Source: Desulfovibrionaceae bacterium (GTDB lineage: Bacteria > Desulfobacterota > Desulfovibrionia > Desulfovibrionales > Desulfovibrionaceae). Taken from it: a stretch of DNA of 58,652 nt. The stretch spans positions 1-58,652 of the forward strand of contig JAFSZE010000015.1 of the NCBI GenBank assembly GCA_017455745.1. The letters are read 5' to 3'. Within the stretch, counting starts at the first letter, position 1. Each line of letters starts with the position of its first letter. The notes under the pieces are model-generated. The model was not told where the DNA came from, searched no databases, and saw nothing but the letters and a program-made list of their open reading frames with translations. Position numbers and translations under genes: made by a program. Positions 50,357-58,652 of this stretch are shown in pieces.

Positions 50357-53300
50357 CTAGCCCCAAAGCATTAAGCCAGTTTCAAGGGGTGAGGATAAGG
50401 CCGGATGGATGGGCACGATACGGATACCGTAGCTGTAGTGACCATTGTTGGTTGGGGTGTAGGTGATGGTGTAGTTCATTGCATCTGAGCCGAAACTTGC
50501 CGGACGCGCCTCGAGAGGCAGAACCTTGGGCGGAGTAATGAAGTTGCCATTGCCATGGACCAAACCAATAACCAATTGTACTTGGACCTCTTCAGGCTTC
50601 ATGTCGCCCAAATGGAGACGGAGGTTGATGCTAATGGGGGCACCACAGAGCATGGTGTTACCGTCAGCACCCTTGATTTCAATCTGCTCCATGTTGACTG
50701 TGCGGAAGCGGGTAGCAAGATCAGCTTCCCACTGGGTGAGTTCACGCAGGAGTTTCCAATCATTGGCTTCAAGCTTAGCCCGTCTGGCAGCAGCTGGCAG
50801 ATAACCTTCGCGCATATAGTCGCGGAGCATACGTGCAGAGCTGTACATGGCGGTCAAGCTCTTCATGCTGTTTTTGCTGACCTTGATCCAGCGGCTGGGG
50901 AGATTATTCTCATCAAGCTCATGGTAGAGCGGAATAACATCATGCTCCAAGAGATTGTAGAGGGATTCAGCGTCAGCGTAGTCGTTTTGAGCACCTGTGG
51001 GCAATTCAAGCTTAACCACAGGACCGATGGTCCAACCATTGCTGCGATCGTAACCTTCGCACCACCAACCATCAGAGATACTTAAGTTGACACCACCGTT
51101 AACAGGCAACTTCATGCCGCTGGTACCAGAGGCTTCGTAGGGGCGTCTGGGTGTATTTAACCAGACGTCGCAGCCCTGGGATAAGAGACGGGAGATGCTT
51201 AAGTCGTAACCCTCGATAAAGAAGATCTTGCCGATGAATCTGGGCTCTTGGCAAGCTTGCACCACACGTTGGATCAAATCATTGCCGGCTTCATCGGCTG
51301 GGTGAGCCTTACCAGCAAAGACAAAGATAACAGGCTTTTCAGGATCGCTTAAGATGTTGGCTAAACGATCTGGATCAGCAAAGAGCAGTGTCGCACGTTT
51401 ATAGGGGGCAAAACGTCTGGCAAAGCCGATGATCAAGGTGTTGGGATGTAAGAACCGCTCCATGGCCTTGATCTGGGCCGAATTTAAATTGAACTTCTGG
51501 GCAAAGTCGACCAGGCTGTCGCGAATCAAGCTCAAGAGTTCCTCTTTCTGAGTCATCTTGGCTGCCCAATAGTCTTCGATGGGGATGGAATCAACCTTGC
51601 TCCAGACATCGGAGTCAGGCGCAGCAGAGATCCAATCTTCGCCTAAGTACTGATTCAAGATCTCTTCCATCTGGCTGCCCACATAGGACGCAGTGTGGAC
51701 ACCATTGGTCACATGATAGATGGGCACTTCACTCAAAGGCAAGTTCTTCCAGAGCTTGTTCCACATATGTCTGGCCACTTCGCCATGGAGACGACTTACG
51801 CCATTGGACCACAGTGAGAAGCGCAAGGCCAAAATGGTCATTTCGAAGTTCTGCAGGTTTGAGCCTTCCATCTGACCTAACTGCACAAACTGTGGCCAGG
51901 AGAGACCTAAGCGGTGGGAAATTCCTTCAAAGTAGCGCTGCATAAGCTCCACAGAGAAGGCTTCGTTACCAGCAGCTACTGGTGTGTGGGTGGTAAAGAG
52001 GGTGTCGGCGCAGACGCGGTTTTTGGCTTCAGCATACGACATACCCATATTCATGAACTGTAACAAACGCTCAATAACCAAGAAAGCCGAGTGACCTTCA
52101 TTCATGTGGAAGACATGAGGTTCAATACCCAATTGGTTGATCAAGCGGATACCGCCCATGCCCAAAAGCATTTCTTGCAAGAGTCTGGTTTCACGGTCAG
52201 CCACATAGAGGTTTGCTGTGATTTCACGATCATCCTGACGGTTTTTATCTACGTCACTATCTAAGAGATAGAGAGAGATTCTGCCCACTTGGATCTTCCA
52301 GATTCTGGCAAAGAGAGCCCGACCAGGCAGATCAATTTGGATGAGCACGGGATCATCGTTCTCATCTAAGATGGGACGAATGGGCAGATGGGCAAATCTG
52401 TTGACAGGATAGTCGGCTACCTGACGGCCTGAAACATCCAAACGCTGTTTAAAGTAGCCTTTACGGTAGAGCAAACCGATACCGATTAGAGGGATGGCCA
52501 AATCAGAGGCTGATTTTAAGTGGTCACCAGAAAGAACACCCAAACCACCGGAATAGATGGGCACAGATTCATTTAGGCCATACTCAGTTGAGAAGTAGGC
52601 AATGGGGTGTTGGGGATTGATATTTTCAGATCTAGCCCGAAGTGGTTCAGCCATGTAGGAATCGAACGCAGCAATAACGTCATCGTAGTTCTGCATATAC
52701 TCTTTGTTGTGGACGATGGCATTTAAGCGTTCGGGATCGGTTTCTTCCAAGACCTGAATGGGATTGTGGTTACTTTCCCAGGCCTGCGGGTTTAAGTCAC
52801 TGAAGAGGGCTTTAGCCTTGTTATTCCAGCACCACCACAGGTTTCTGGATAAGTCTCTTAAACGTGATAAAGGCTTCGGTACGTCAGCAACAGCCAAAAT
52901 GGACCGCAAGAAAGGTGTAGCCGATGAAGAGGCCATGATTACACGGTTTAACTCTTCACGAGCTGACTGAGGCCGATCAACACGGCTGTCCGCTTTGGTT
53001 AGTGCTGTGTAGAAAGCTTGATAGTAGCTGTCATAGAAAAGATTCCAGTCGGTTTTCTCAGCCAACTTTCTGGCATTACGACGCCACTCAAGCATCTCTT
53101 CAGGTTTGCTTGTGGTGATATCAAGCAAGATTTTGTGCAGACCATCAACGCATTGCTCGAAATTGTGACCGCGTCGTGGGAGAATATGAACACCTGGGCA
53201 ATCCCAGTTCTCTTCCTGCATCATCTCTTTGGCCCAAATACCAAAGCCTGAGAGATCTGTGGTCACTGTGGGCACAGCGCAGGCTGCACATTCTTGTGGT

Positions 53301-54619
53301 GTATAGCCCCAAGGCTCATACCAAGATGGGAAGAAGCCAGCATCGCAGCCTGAGAGGATTTCTTCATAGGTCATATTGAAGAAACCATCACGACCATCAA
53401 GCATGGCAGGGTTAAAGATCACTTTGACGTGATCATCGGGCATATTGTTGAGCCCTAAACGGCGACAGTTGTTTAAAATGGGATCGTTGGGGGCATTCCA
53501 AGCGTGGTGGGTGCATAAGAACGGTAACCCGTTGTCGCTGACTTGGGGGTTGCCGGAGGTGGCCACTTCGTTGACACCGGTATGGCCGCCCATAACGAGA
53601 CAGAGGGCTAAGATGTAGTTTTCATGGCTGCCAGAGAGATTCCTGTTGGCACGTGATAAGGCTTCCAAGAAAACATCAATGCCCTTATTGTGATATTCGT
53701 AGCGGCCCGAAATAACCACGATTTTGGGATTTTCGGGCAGATTGCCACGTAAGAAGTGGCGGGCTAAGCTTAAGATTTTACTTCTGCGCTCAAGAGCCAC
53801 ATGGCGATCCGAGGAAAAGTCAGGGATCACCCGCATATCCAAACCATTGGTGGTAATGGTTGTGGGCTGGCGGCCTAGGAAGGCTGCCGACTCTTCACCG
53901 GTAATATTACTTACGGTTGTGAAGGAGTCGGCTTCTCTAGCACTGGTGCTCTCCATGCTCCACTTGGCGGTGATGTTGTGGGCAGCAGCTTCAGTGGCGG
54001 GATTTATACTTCTTAGGTTGGTATAAATATCGCTACCTTCACCAGCCATGGCCCGACCAAGCATGGTGGCGTGGGTGGTAAAGACGGTGGCCACATCGGG
54101 GCAGTTTTTCTTTAAGTAGAGTAATCCTGCACCGCACATCCATTCATGGAACAGACCCACAGAACGACCATCGCGTTGGGTGACTAAGGTCTGATGGATG
54201 GTCGCAATGACTTCACCACAGAGGGTGGAGAACATGACTGGTTCTATGTAATCCCAAGCGCCTGACAGTGAATCAACACCGAAGTTTTTCCACAGATCAT
54301 AGAGCAATTGGTTGGAGTTATAGCGTTTAGAAAAATCAACCAAGATGGCTAAGGGTTTGCCTGGTATGTTCCAGCGTCCAAGGCTGGCAACGATTTTTTT
54401 GTCAGCCAGAGCTGGGCGGATTTTGTCCCATACAGGCTCACTGGTTTCTGCAAAATCGGAATTGCCTTGAAGTAGTGGCCCCAAGACAAAGTAGTTGTCA
54501 TGGAAGACGTCGTGGGTCTTTAGGGCTTTGCTGCTGACGACGGAATAGATTCCACCGACTTTGTTGCAGACTTCCCAGCTAACTTCGAATAAAGTGACTG
54601 GCGCATTATTAAACTCCAT
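50357..54619 (-). CDS. glgP: Fusion of GT3-type glycogen synthase domain and alpha-glucan phosphorylase
   Basis: N part FEVSWEVCNKVGGI, GRYEYHNKG, FPSWYEPWGYTP; C part YSGGLGVL, MNEGH, EASGTSGMK; ATG 54619 has GGAG RBS. Confidence 0.9.
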   Translation of the reverse strand: MEFNNAPVTLFEVSWEVCNKVGGIYSVVSSKALKTHDVFHDNYFVLGPLLQGNSDFAETSEPVWDKIRPALADKKIVASLGRWNIPGKPLAILVDFSKRYNSNQLLYDLWKNFGVDSLSGAWDYIEPVMFSTLCGEVIATIHQTLVTQRDGRSVGLFHEWMCGAGLLYLKKNCPDVATVFTTHATMLGRAMAGEGSDIYTNLRSINPATEAAAHNITAKWSMESTSAREADSFTTVSNITGEESAAFLGRQPTTITTNGLDMRVIPDFSSDRHVALERRSKILSLARHFLRGNLPENPKIVVISGRYEYHNKGIDVFLEALSRANRNLSGSHENYILALCLVMGGHTGVNEVATSGNPQVSDNGLPFLCTHHAWNAPNDPILNNCRRLGLNNMPDDHVKVIFNPAMLDGRDGFFNMTYEEILSGCDAGFFPSWYEPWGYTPQECAACAVPTVTTDLSGFGIWAKEMMQEENWDCPGVHILPRRGHNFEQCVDGLHKILLDITTSKPEEMLEWRRNARKLAEKTDWNLFYDSYYQAFYTALTKADSRVDRPQSAREELNRVIMASSSATPFLRSILAVADVPKPLSRLRDLSRNLWWCWNNKAKALFSDLNPQAWESNHNPIQVLEETDPERLNAIVHNKEYMQNYDDVIAAFDSYMAEPLRARSENINPQHPIAYFSTEYGLNESVPIYSGGLGVLSGDHLKSASDLAIPLIGIGLLYRKGYFKQRLDVSGRQVADYPVNRFAHLPIRPILDENDDPVLIQIDLPGRALFARIWKIQVGRISLYLLDSDVDKNRQDDREITANLYVADRETRLLQEMLLGMGGIRLINQLGIEPHVFHMNEGHSAFLVIERLLQFMNMGMSYAEAKNRVCADTLFTTHTPVAAGNEAFSVELMQRYFEGISHRLGLSWPQFVQLGQMEGSNLQNFEMTILALRFSLWSNGVSRLHGEVARHMWNKLWKNLPLSEVPIYHVTNGVHTASYVGSQMEEILNQYLGEDWISAAPDSDVWSKVDSIPIEDYWAAKMTQKEELLSLIRDSLVDFAQKFNLNSAQIKAMERFLHPNTLIIGFARRFAPYKRATLLFADPDRLANILSDPEKPVIFVFAGKAHPADEAGNDLIQRVVQACQEPRFIGKIFFIEGYDLSISRLLSQGCDVWLNTPRRPYEASGTSGMKLPVNGGVNLSISDGWWCEGYDRSNGWTIGPVVKLELPTGAQNDYADAESLYNLLEHDVIPLYHELDENNLPSRWIKVSKNSMKSLTAMYSSARMLRDYMREGYLPAAARRAKLEANDWKLLRELTQWEADLATRFRTVNMEQIEIKGADGNTMLCGAPISINLRLHLGDMKPEEVQVQLVIGLVHGNGNFITPPKVLPLEARPASFGSDAMNYTITYTPTNNGHYSYGIRIVPIHPALSSPLETGLMLWG

Positions 54620-54749
54620 CTTGATACTCCTTCGGATTGCCATGCTGCAAAAAAATATGCGCGTAGATGATGATTTTGGAATCAGTTATGATCGGAGATG
54701 TGAACAGTTTTGACAGTAGGCATTTCGCAAGCCTTAAGGGAGAATGCGC

Positions 54750-56309
54750 CTAACTCTTCTTTTTGGAAGGCTTAGGTTTTTTCTGCGTAGCCGAACTTTT
54801 CTTCGGTAGGCCCTTAGGCGTAGACTTACTAGCTGCCGGTTTCTTCGGTTTATTAACAGTCGAGGTCTCTTTGGCTTGCGTTGGGTCGGCATTACTATCT
54901 TTAGGCTCAGCTTCTTCTGCTTCCTTTATCCTGGAGCGTCTAGTGCTTGTTTTAAAGATAATTTTGGGAGCCTCAGGTTTTTGAGCCTTAGACTCAGGAG
55001 CTTCAACGATATTCGCACTGGGAGTAGCTTGCTCCACTTTTTGATCATGCAACTGATTGTTTTGAGCTTGGCTATACTCGGCGGGTGTCGCCTCAAGAAT
55101 GTTCGTCTGTGTTTCTTTTTTCGAAGGATCTTCGGCAATTGTCAAGCGCCACTGAAAATCCTCCAAAATGTTCATATATGAAATATAGGCATCATAGGGG
55201 CTTAAGAAGGGGGATGGACGGTCAGGTTGTGATTCAGAGAACCACCGAGTTGACATATGGTGGAAGTAGTCTGAGGTCTGCAGTCTCTCAAAGACAGCTG
55301 TGATTTCAGGATCGTTGAGAGTACGCACACGCTTGGCCAAACCATAGAGAGTGGTTATGGCATCATCCTGCATGGAATTGGCAAGCCAGCCTTTAATATC
55401 GCAGCCTTCATCACGCCAGCTGATATACTCTGGAACGTCTAAACTATCTTTGGGCTTGCATTCTGTAGCCAGTTCATTGGGGGTAGCAAATTTCAGATTT
55501 TCACAGCTTAAGATGGCTTTGGGCAAGGCATCCATGAATTCGAAAATGCCTGATTCCTTGGGATTGCGCAATCCAAAGACATGGAAGTCGGTAAAGATGT
55601 TGATGCAATCAACATCCCCTAGCTTTACGCACCAATTGGCAAATTTCTCAGAAGTCAAGGGCCACTCAGACCAATCTTTGCGGCTGAAATTGTCACTTAG
55701 ATCTGACGAGAGCTGCTTGTTGCGTAGCAAAATATTGATGTTCGGCGCAGCATAAGATGAATAAACATAATTGGTGTTGCGCCAACCTAAAACGTGCCGG
55801 TTGCCTTCAGCTAAGATGTTTTTAATGCCTAAGCCTTCTAAGGCATTGGCCAACTCATTATTGTATAATAGCTCCATGTGCCTAAAGGTCACAGGCTTTT
55901 GACCAAAGACTTGTTCCAAACGTTCGTTTTGGCTTTTGACTTGCCGCACAAATTCATCTTTTGAATAGAGGAAAGCTAAACTATGGGGTGCGGTCTCAGT
56001 GATAAATTCTACGCAGCCAGTGTCAGCCAAAGCTTTTAAACTTTTTAACACTTCAGGGGTATATTGCTCAAAGAGATCCAAAGCCACACTTGAAACGGTT
56101 AGGGCAAAATGAAATTCCTTGGGATAACGCTTGCACTGTCTATGCAGTACATCAAGCATAGGCAGATAGGAATTTTTAGCTAACGAGATCAAGTGGTTGC
56201 AACTGCGATCATCATCTTCGTAGATATGATTTTCCTTGACATCGAAAATCGTATAGCGCCGTAAGAAATACGGCTCATGGATGGCAAAGCATAAACAGAT
56301 ATCAACCAT
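54750..56309 (-). CDS. Glycoside hydrolase family 57 (alpha-amylase-like) with low-complexity tail
   Basis: F.IHEP..LRRY, ETAPHSL, FRHMELLY, SWRDE, LQTSDYFHHM, SPYDAY. Confidence 0.85.
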   Translation of the reverse strand: MVDICLCFAIHEPYFLRRYTIFDVKENHIYEDDDRSCNHLISLAKNSYLPMLDVLHRQCKRYPKEFHFALTVSSVALDLFEQYTPEVLKSLKALADTGCVEFITETAPHSLAFLYSKDEFVRQVKSQNERLEQVFGQKPVTFRHMELLYNNELANALEGLGIKNILAEGNRHVLGWRNTNYVYSSYAAPNINILLRNKQLSSDLSDNFSRKDWSEWPLTSEKFANWCVKLGDVDCINIFTDFHVFGLRNPKESGIFEFMDALPKAILSCENLKFATPNELATECKPKDSLDVPEYISWRDEGCDIKGWLANSMQDDAITTLYGLAKRVRTLNDPEITAVFERLQTSDYFHHMSTRWFSESQPDRPSPFLSPYDAYISYMNILEDFQWRLTIAEDPSKKETQTNILEATPAEYSQAQNNQLHDQKVEQATPSANIVEAPESKAQKPEAPKIIFKTSTRRSRIKEAEEAEPKDSNADPTQAKETSTVNKPKKPAASKSTPKGLPKKSSATQKKPKPSKKKS

Positions 56310-57646
56310 TAGTGACCTCCCACCAAATCTTCGTAAACAGCCAAAAGTTGTTCAGCAGCATTTTCCCAACGAATGGTTTTCATCTCTTCGCGGCAGTTTT
56401 GAACAATTTCTGCAGCCAAGGCTTTGTGCTGCAGCACGGCACAAATTTTATCAGCCATATCACGTGTATCCCAGAAGTCTGCTTTTAAGGCATGATGCAA
56501 GATTTCAGATACACCGGATTGTCTGGATAATAACACAGGCACATCATAGAGCATGGCCTCAAGAGGTGTAATACCAAAAGGCTCAGAGACCGAGGGCATG
56601 ACATAGAGATCACTTAAGGCAAACATACGGTTTACTTCTTCACCGCGCAAGAAGCCTGCAAAGTGGAATCTACGTCCAATACGTAGCTGGGAAGCTCTAC
56701 GAATCAAACCTGGCAAAAGATCGCCGCTGCCGGCCATGTAAAAACGCACATGGGGGATTTTTTGTAAGACAAGTCTGGCTGCTTCCATGAAGTATTCAGG
56801 ACCTTTTTGGTAGGTCACGCGACCCAAAAACAAGACTCTTTTTTCATGGCGCAGTCTTGGTGGAATCACATAACGATGTTCGATTTCAGGTCTAGTTACG
56901 GCATTGTAGACGACCGTCACTTTCTCTCTAGGTACACCATAACGCTGCACAACCATATCACGGGTTAAGCGACTTACCGCAACCACACGATCGCAGCCAA
57001 GGAGACCGGCCCGTTCAATGGAAGCCACCTGGGTATTGATGTTTTCACCACTGCGGTCATATTCTGTGGCATGAATATGACAGACTAGGGGCTTACCGGT
57101 TAAGGCTTTAATCAAAAGGGCTGCCGGATAGGTCATCCAATCGTGAGCGTGAATAACTTCAAAATTTTCGGATAAGGCAATGGCAGCGGCTAAACGACTG
57201 TAGCGATAAACTTCTTCGAAGAGGTTGGGGCCATAGCCGCCTTTGAGAGAATAAGTAAAGGCACCGTGTTCAACTTCGATTGTCTGGGAGTAGTGGGTGT
57301 TCGAGCGGAGTTCGTGGATGGCCTGGGAATAGGCTTCGGGAGTCAAATACGGAGTTAGGGGGCTCATGATCGGCATAAAGCGGATCTGATCTTGCCACAA
57401 TGTGTCACCAATATCTTGAAAGCGTCTTTGCGCTTCGTAGTTGATAGGCGTTCCTGATGCGGAACGGAGTCTAAGAAAGCCAGGATCCCCCCCTGGATTT
57501 GTCTTTGGCAAGACAAAAATAACCTGCGCTCCTTTCTGAGCCAGGGCCTGAGTCATTCCAAAACAAGCTGTGCCAAGTCCACCACTGATATGGGGTGGAA
57601 ATTCCCAGCCAAGCATCAAAATCTGCATACGAGAATACCCATTCAC
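56309..57646 (-). CDS. Glycosyltransferase family 4 (glycogen operon)
   Basis: GWEFPP.ISGGLG, HAHDW, HATE.DR, MPSVSEPFGI..LEAM; alternative start ATG 57628. Confidence 0.9.
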   Translation of the reverse strand: MNGYSRMQILMLGWEFPPHISGGLGTACFGMTQALAQKGAQVIFVLPKTNPGGDPGFLRLRSASGTPINYEAQRRFQDIGDTLWQDQIRFMPIMSPLTPYLTPEAYSQAIHELRSNTHYSQTIEVEHGAFTYSLKGGYGPNLFEEVYRYSRLAAAIALSENFEVIHAHDWMTYPAALLIKALTGKPLVCHIHATEYDRSGENINTQVASIERAGLLGCDRVVAVSRLTRDMVVQRYGVPREKVTVVYNAVTRPEIEHRYVIPPRLRHEKRVLFLGRVTYQKGPEYFMEAARLVLQKIPHVRFYMAGSGDLLPGLIRRASQLRIGRRFHFAGFLRGEEVNRMFALSDLYVMPSVSEPFGITPLEAMLYDVPVLLSRQSGVSEILHHALKADFWDTRDMADKICAVLQHKALAAEIVQNCREEMKTIRWENAAEQLLAVYEDLVGGH

Positions 57647-57899
57647 ACACTTTTCCCAAAGGAAAGGTCACGTTTTGAAGAGGATGAGATCGTATTTGAT
57701 TCATCCATTAGGTTAAACAAAAAGAAAAAAAAGGATTAGACTAAAGTATTTAGCCTAATGATTAGCCTTGAAGAAAATTTTTCCTAATGCTTGAGAAGAA
57801 CTTTACTTAAAGTAGTGTATAAAAGGCAGCTTTTAGCAAAGACGCTATAAGAAAAGCAAATTATATATTATTTGTTTAATTAGGTGAAATAAAAATATT

Positions 57900-58045
57900 C
57901 AACATTAAAGATTCAAGATTCAAGATTAAGGATTCAATATTTAAGATCCAGAATTTAATATCAATATTAAATACCGAAGATTCAATACTTAATATCAGAG
58001 CTTGATATTCAGTATTCAATATTTAGTATCAGAATCAAATATCAA
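57900..58045 (+). repeat. Degenerate 7-bp-period repeat (aagattc-like)
   Basis: Directly visible periodicity. Confidence 0.55.
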
Positions 58046-58652
58046 TGTGGCTATTTCTTAAACTATCAACCTCAATCTCAAGCTGAGGTAAAACTCTGTC
58101 ATCAATGTAAAATTTGAGCTCGCATCACTTCAAAATAAAGTTCAAGCAGAGATCACATTAAATAAAATTTAAAATAAGTATTGATCTGGAATAAAAATGC
58201 GAAAAGCTACTACACTTATAGAAATTTAAGATTAGATATCTGTTGGAATACATTGAAATACAATAGGAGAAGAATCTAAAAATGATGTAAAAAGCGAGGC
58301 AAAAAATTTAAAAAACGACGCAAAAGATCCTCAAATTATAGCCAAAAAGATGAAAAATCGTCAAAAATCACCAGATCTATTAGGCTACAAAACTGCCTGT
58401 GATGATTTTAGTGCCGACAAAGCGCATTTAAGATTAGGTTTAATGTCACTTTGGCACCAAAATCACCACAAGCAGAGTCAAGTCAGAAAGGATGCCTTAA
58501 AAATTTTTTTTGCAGGTGAACTACCGCACCCCATAAAGGGGTGTGGCTTCATAAGAAGTGTAATTTATGCAATTCTTATTCTTACAGGCGTATCCACATC
58601 GCCTCTATAGTATAGGATCGAAAGATCCACAACTTTACTTTTCCGTAAAATA

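Noticed and set aside
58350-58610. 86-aa ORF near the window end, and the many short antisense ORFs inside long genes
   Set aside because: No recognisable motifs; consistent with chance or shadow ORFs

Overview
Chromosomal segment of a Desulfovibrio-like (Desulfovibrionaceae) bacterium, with moderate-GC genes separated by long AT-rich, repeat-laden intergenic regions. In order: a decaying tandem array of ~500-bp units carrying small coiled-coil ORFs; a complete cooMKLXUH-hypA-cooF membrane [NiFe]-hydrogenase operon whose last gene runs into an A11 tract before an out-of-frame disordered tail; rimO; a surface-polysaccharide mini-locus interrupted by an AAA-ATPase/PD-(D/E)XK gene; an ~85-bp repeat array; a two-subunit class I fumarase-like hydro-lyase with most substrate-binding motifs rewritten; three large flagellins with different inserted domains plus a C-terminally truncated flagellin-like gene (three sigma54 -24/-12 motifs: one before the tandem pair, one before each of the other two); a SNF2-DUF3883 / DUF1156 methylase / DUF499 ATPase defence operon; a candidate rod-shaped sRNA; tRNA-Ile2(CAT); rfaD; and a glycogen operon ending in a GT3 synthase-phosphorylase fusion. 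No CRISPR array, integrase or transposase was recognised. All family calls come from motif recognition by eye; no searches were run.
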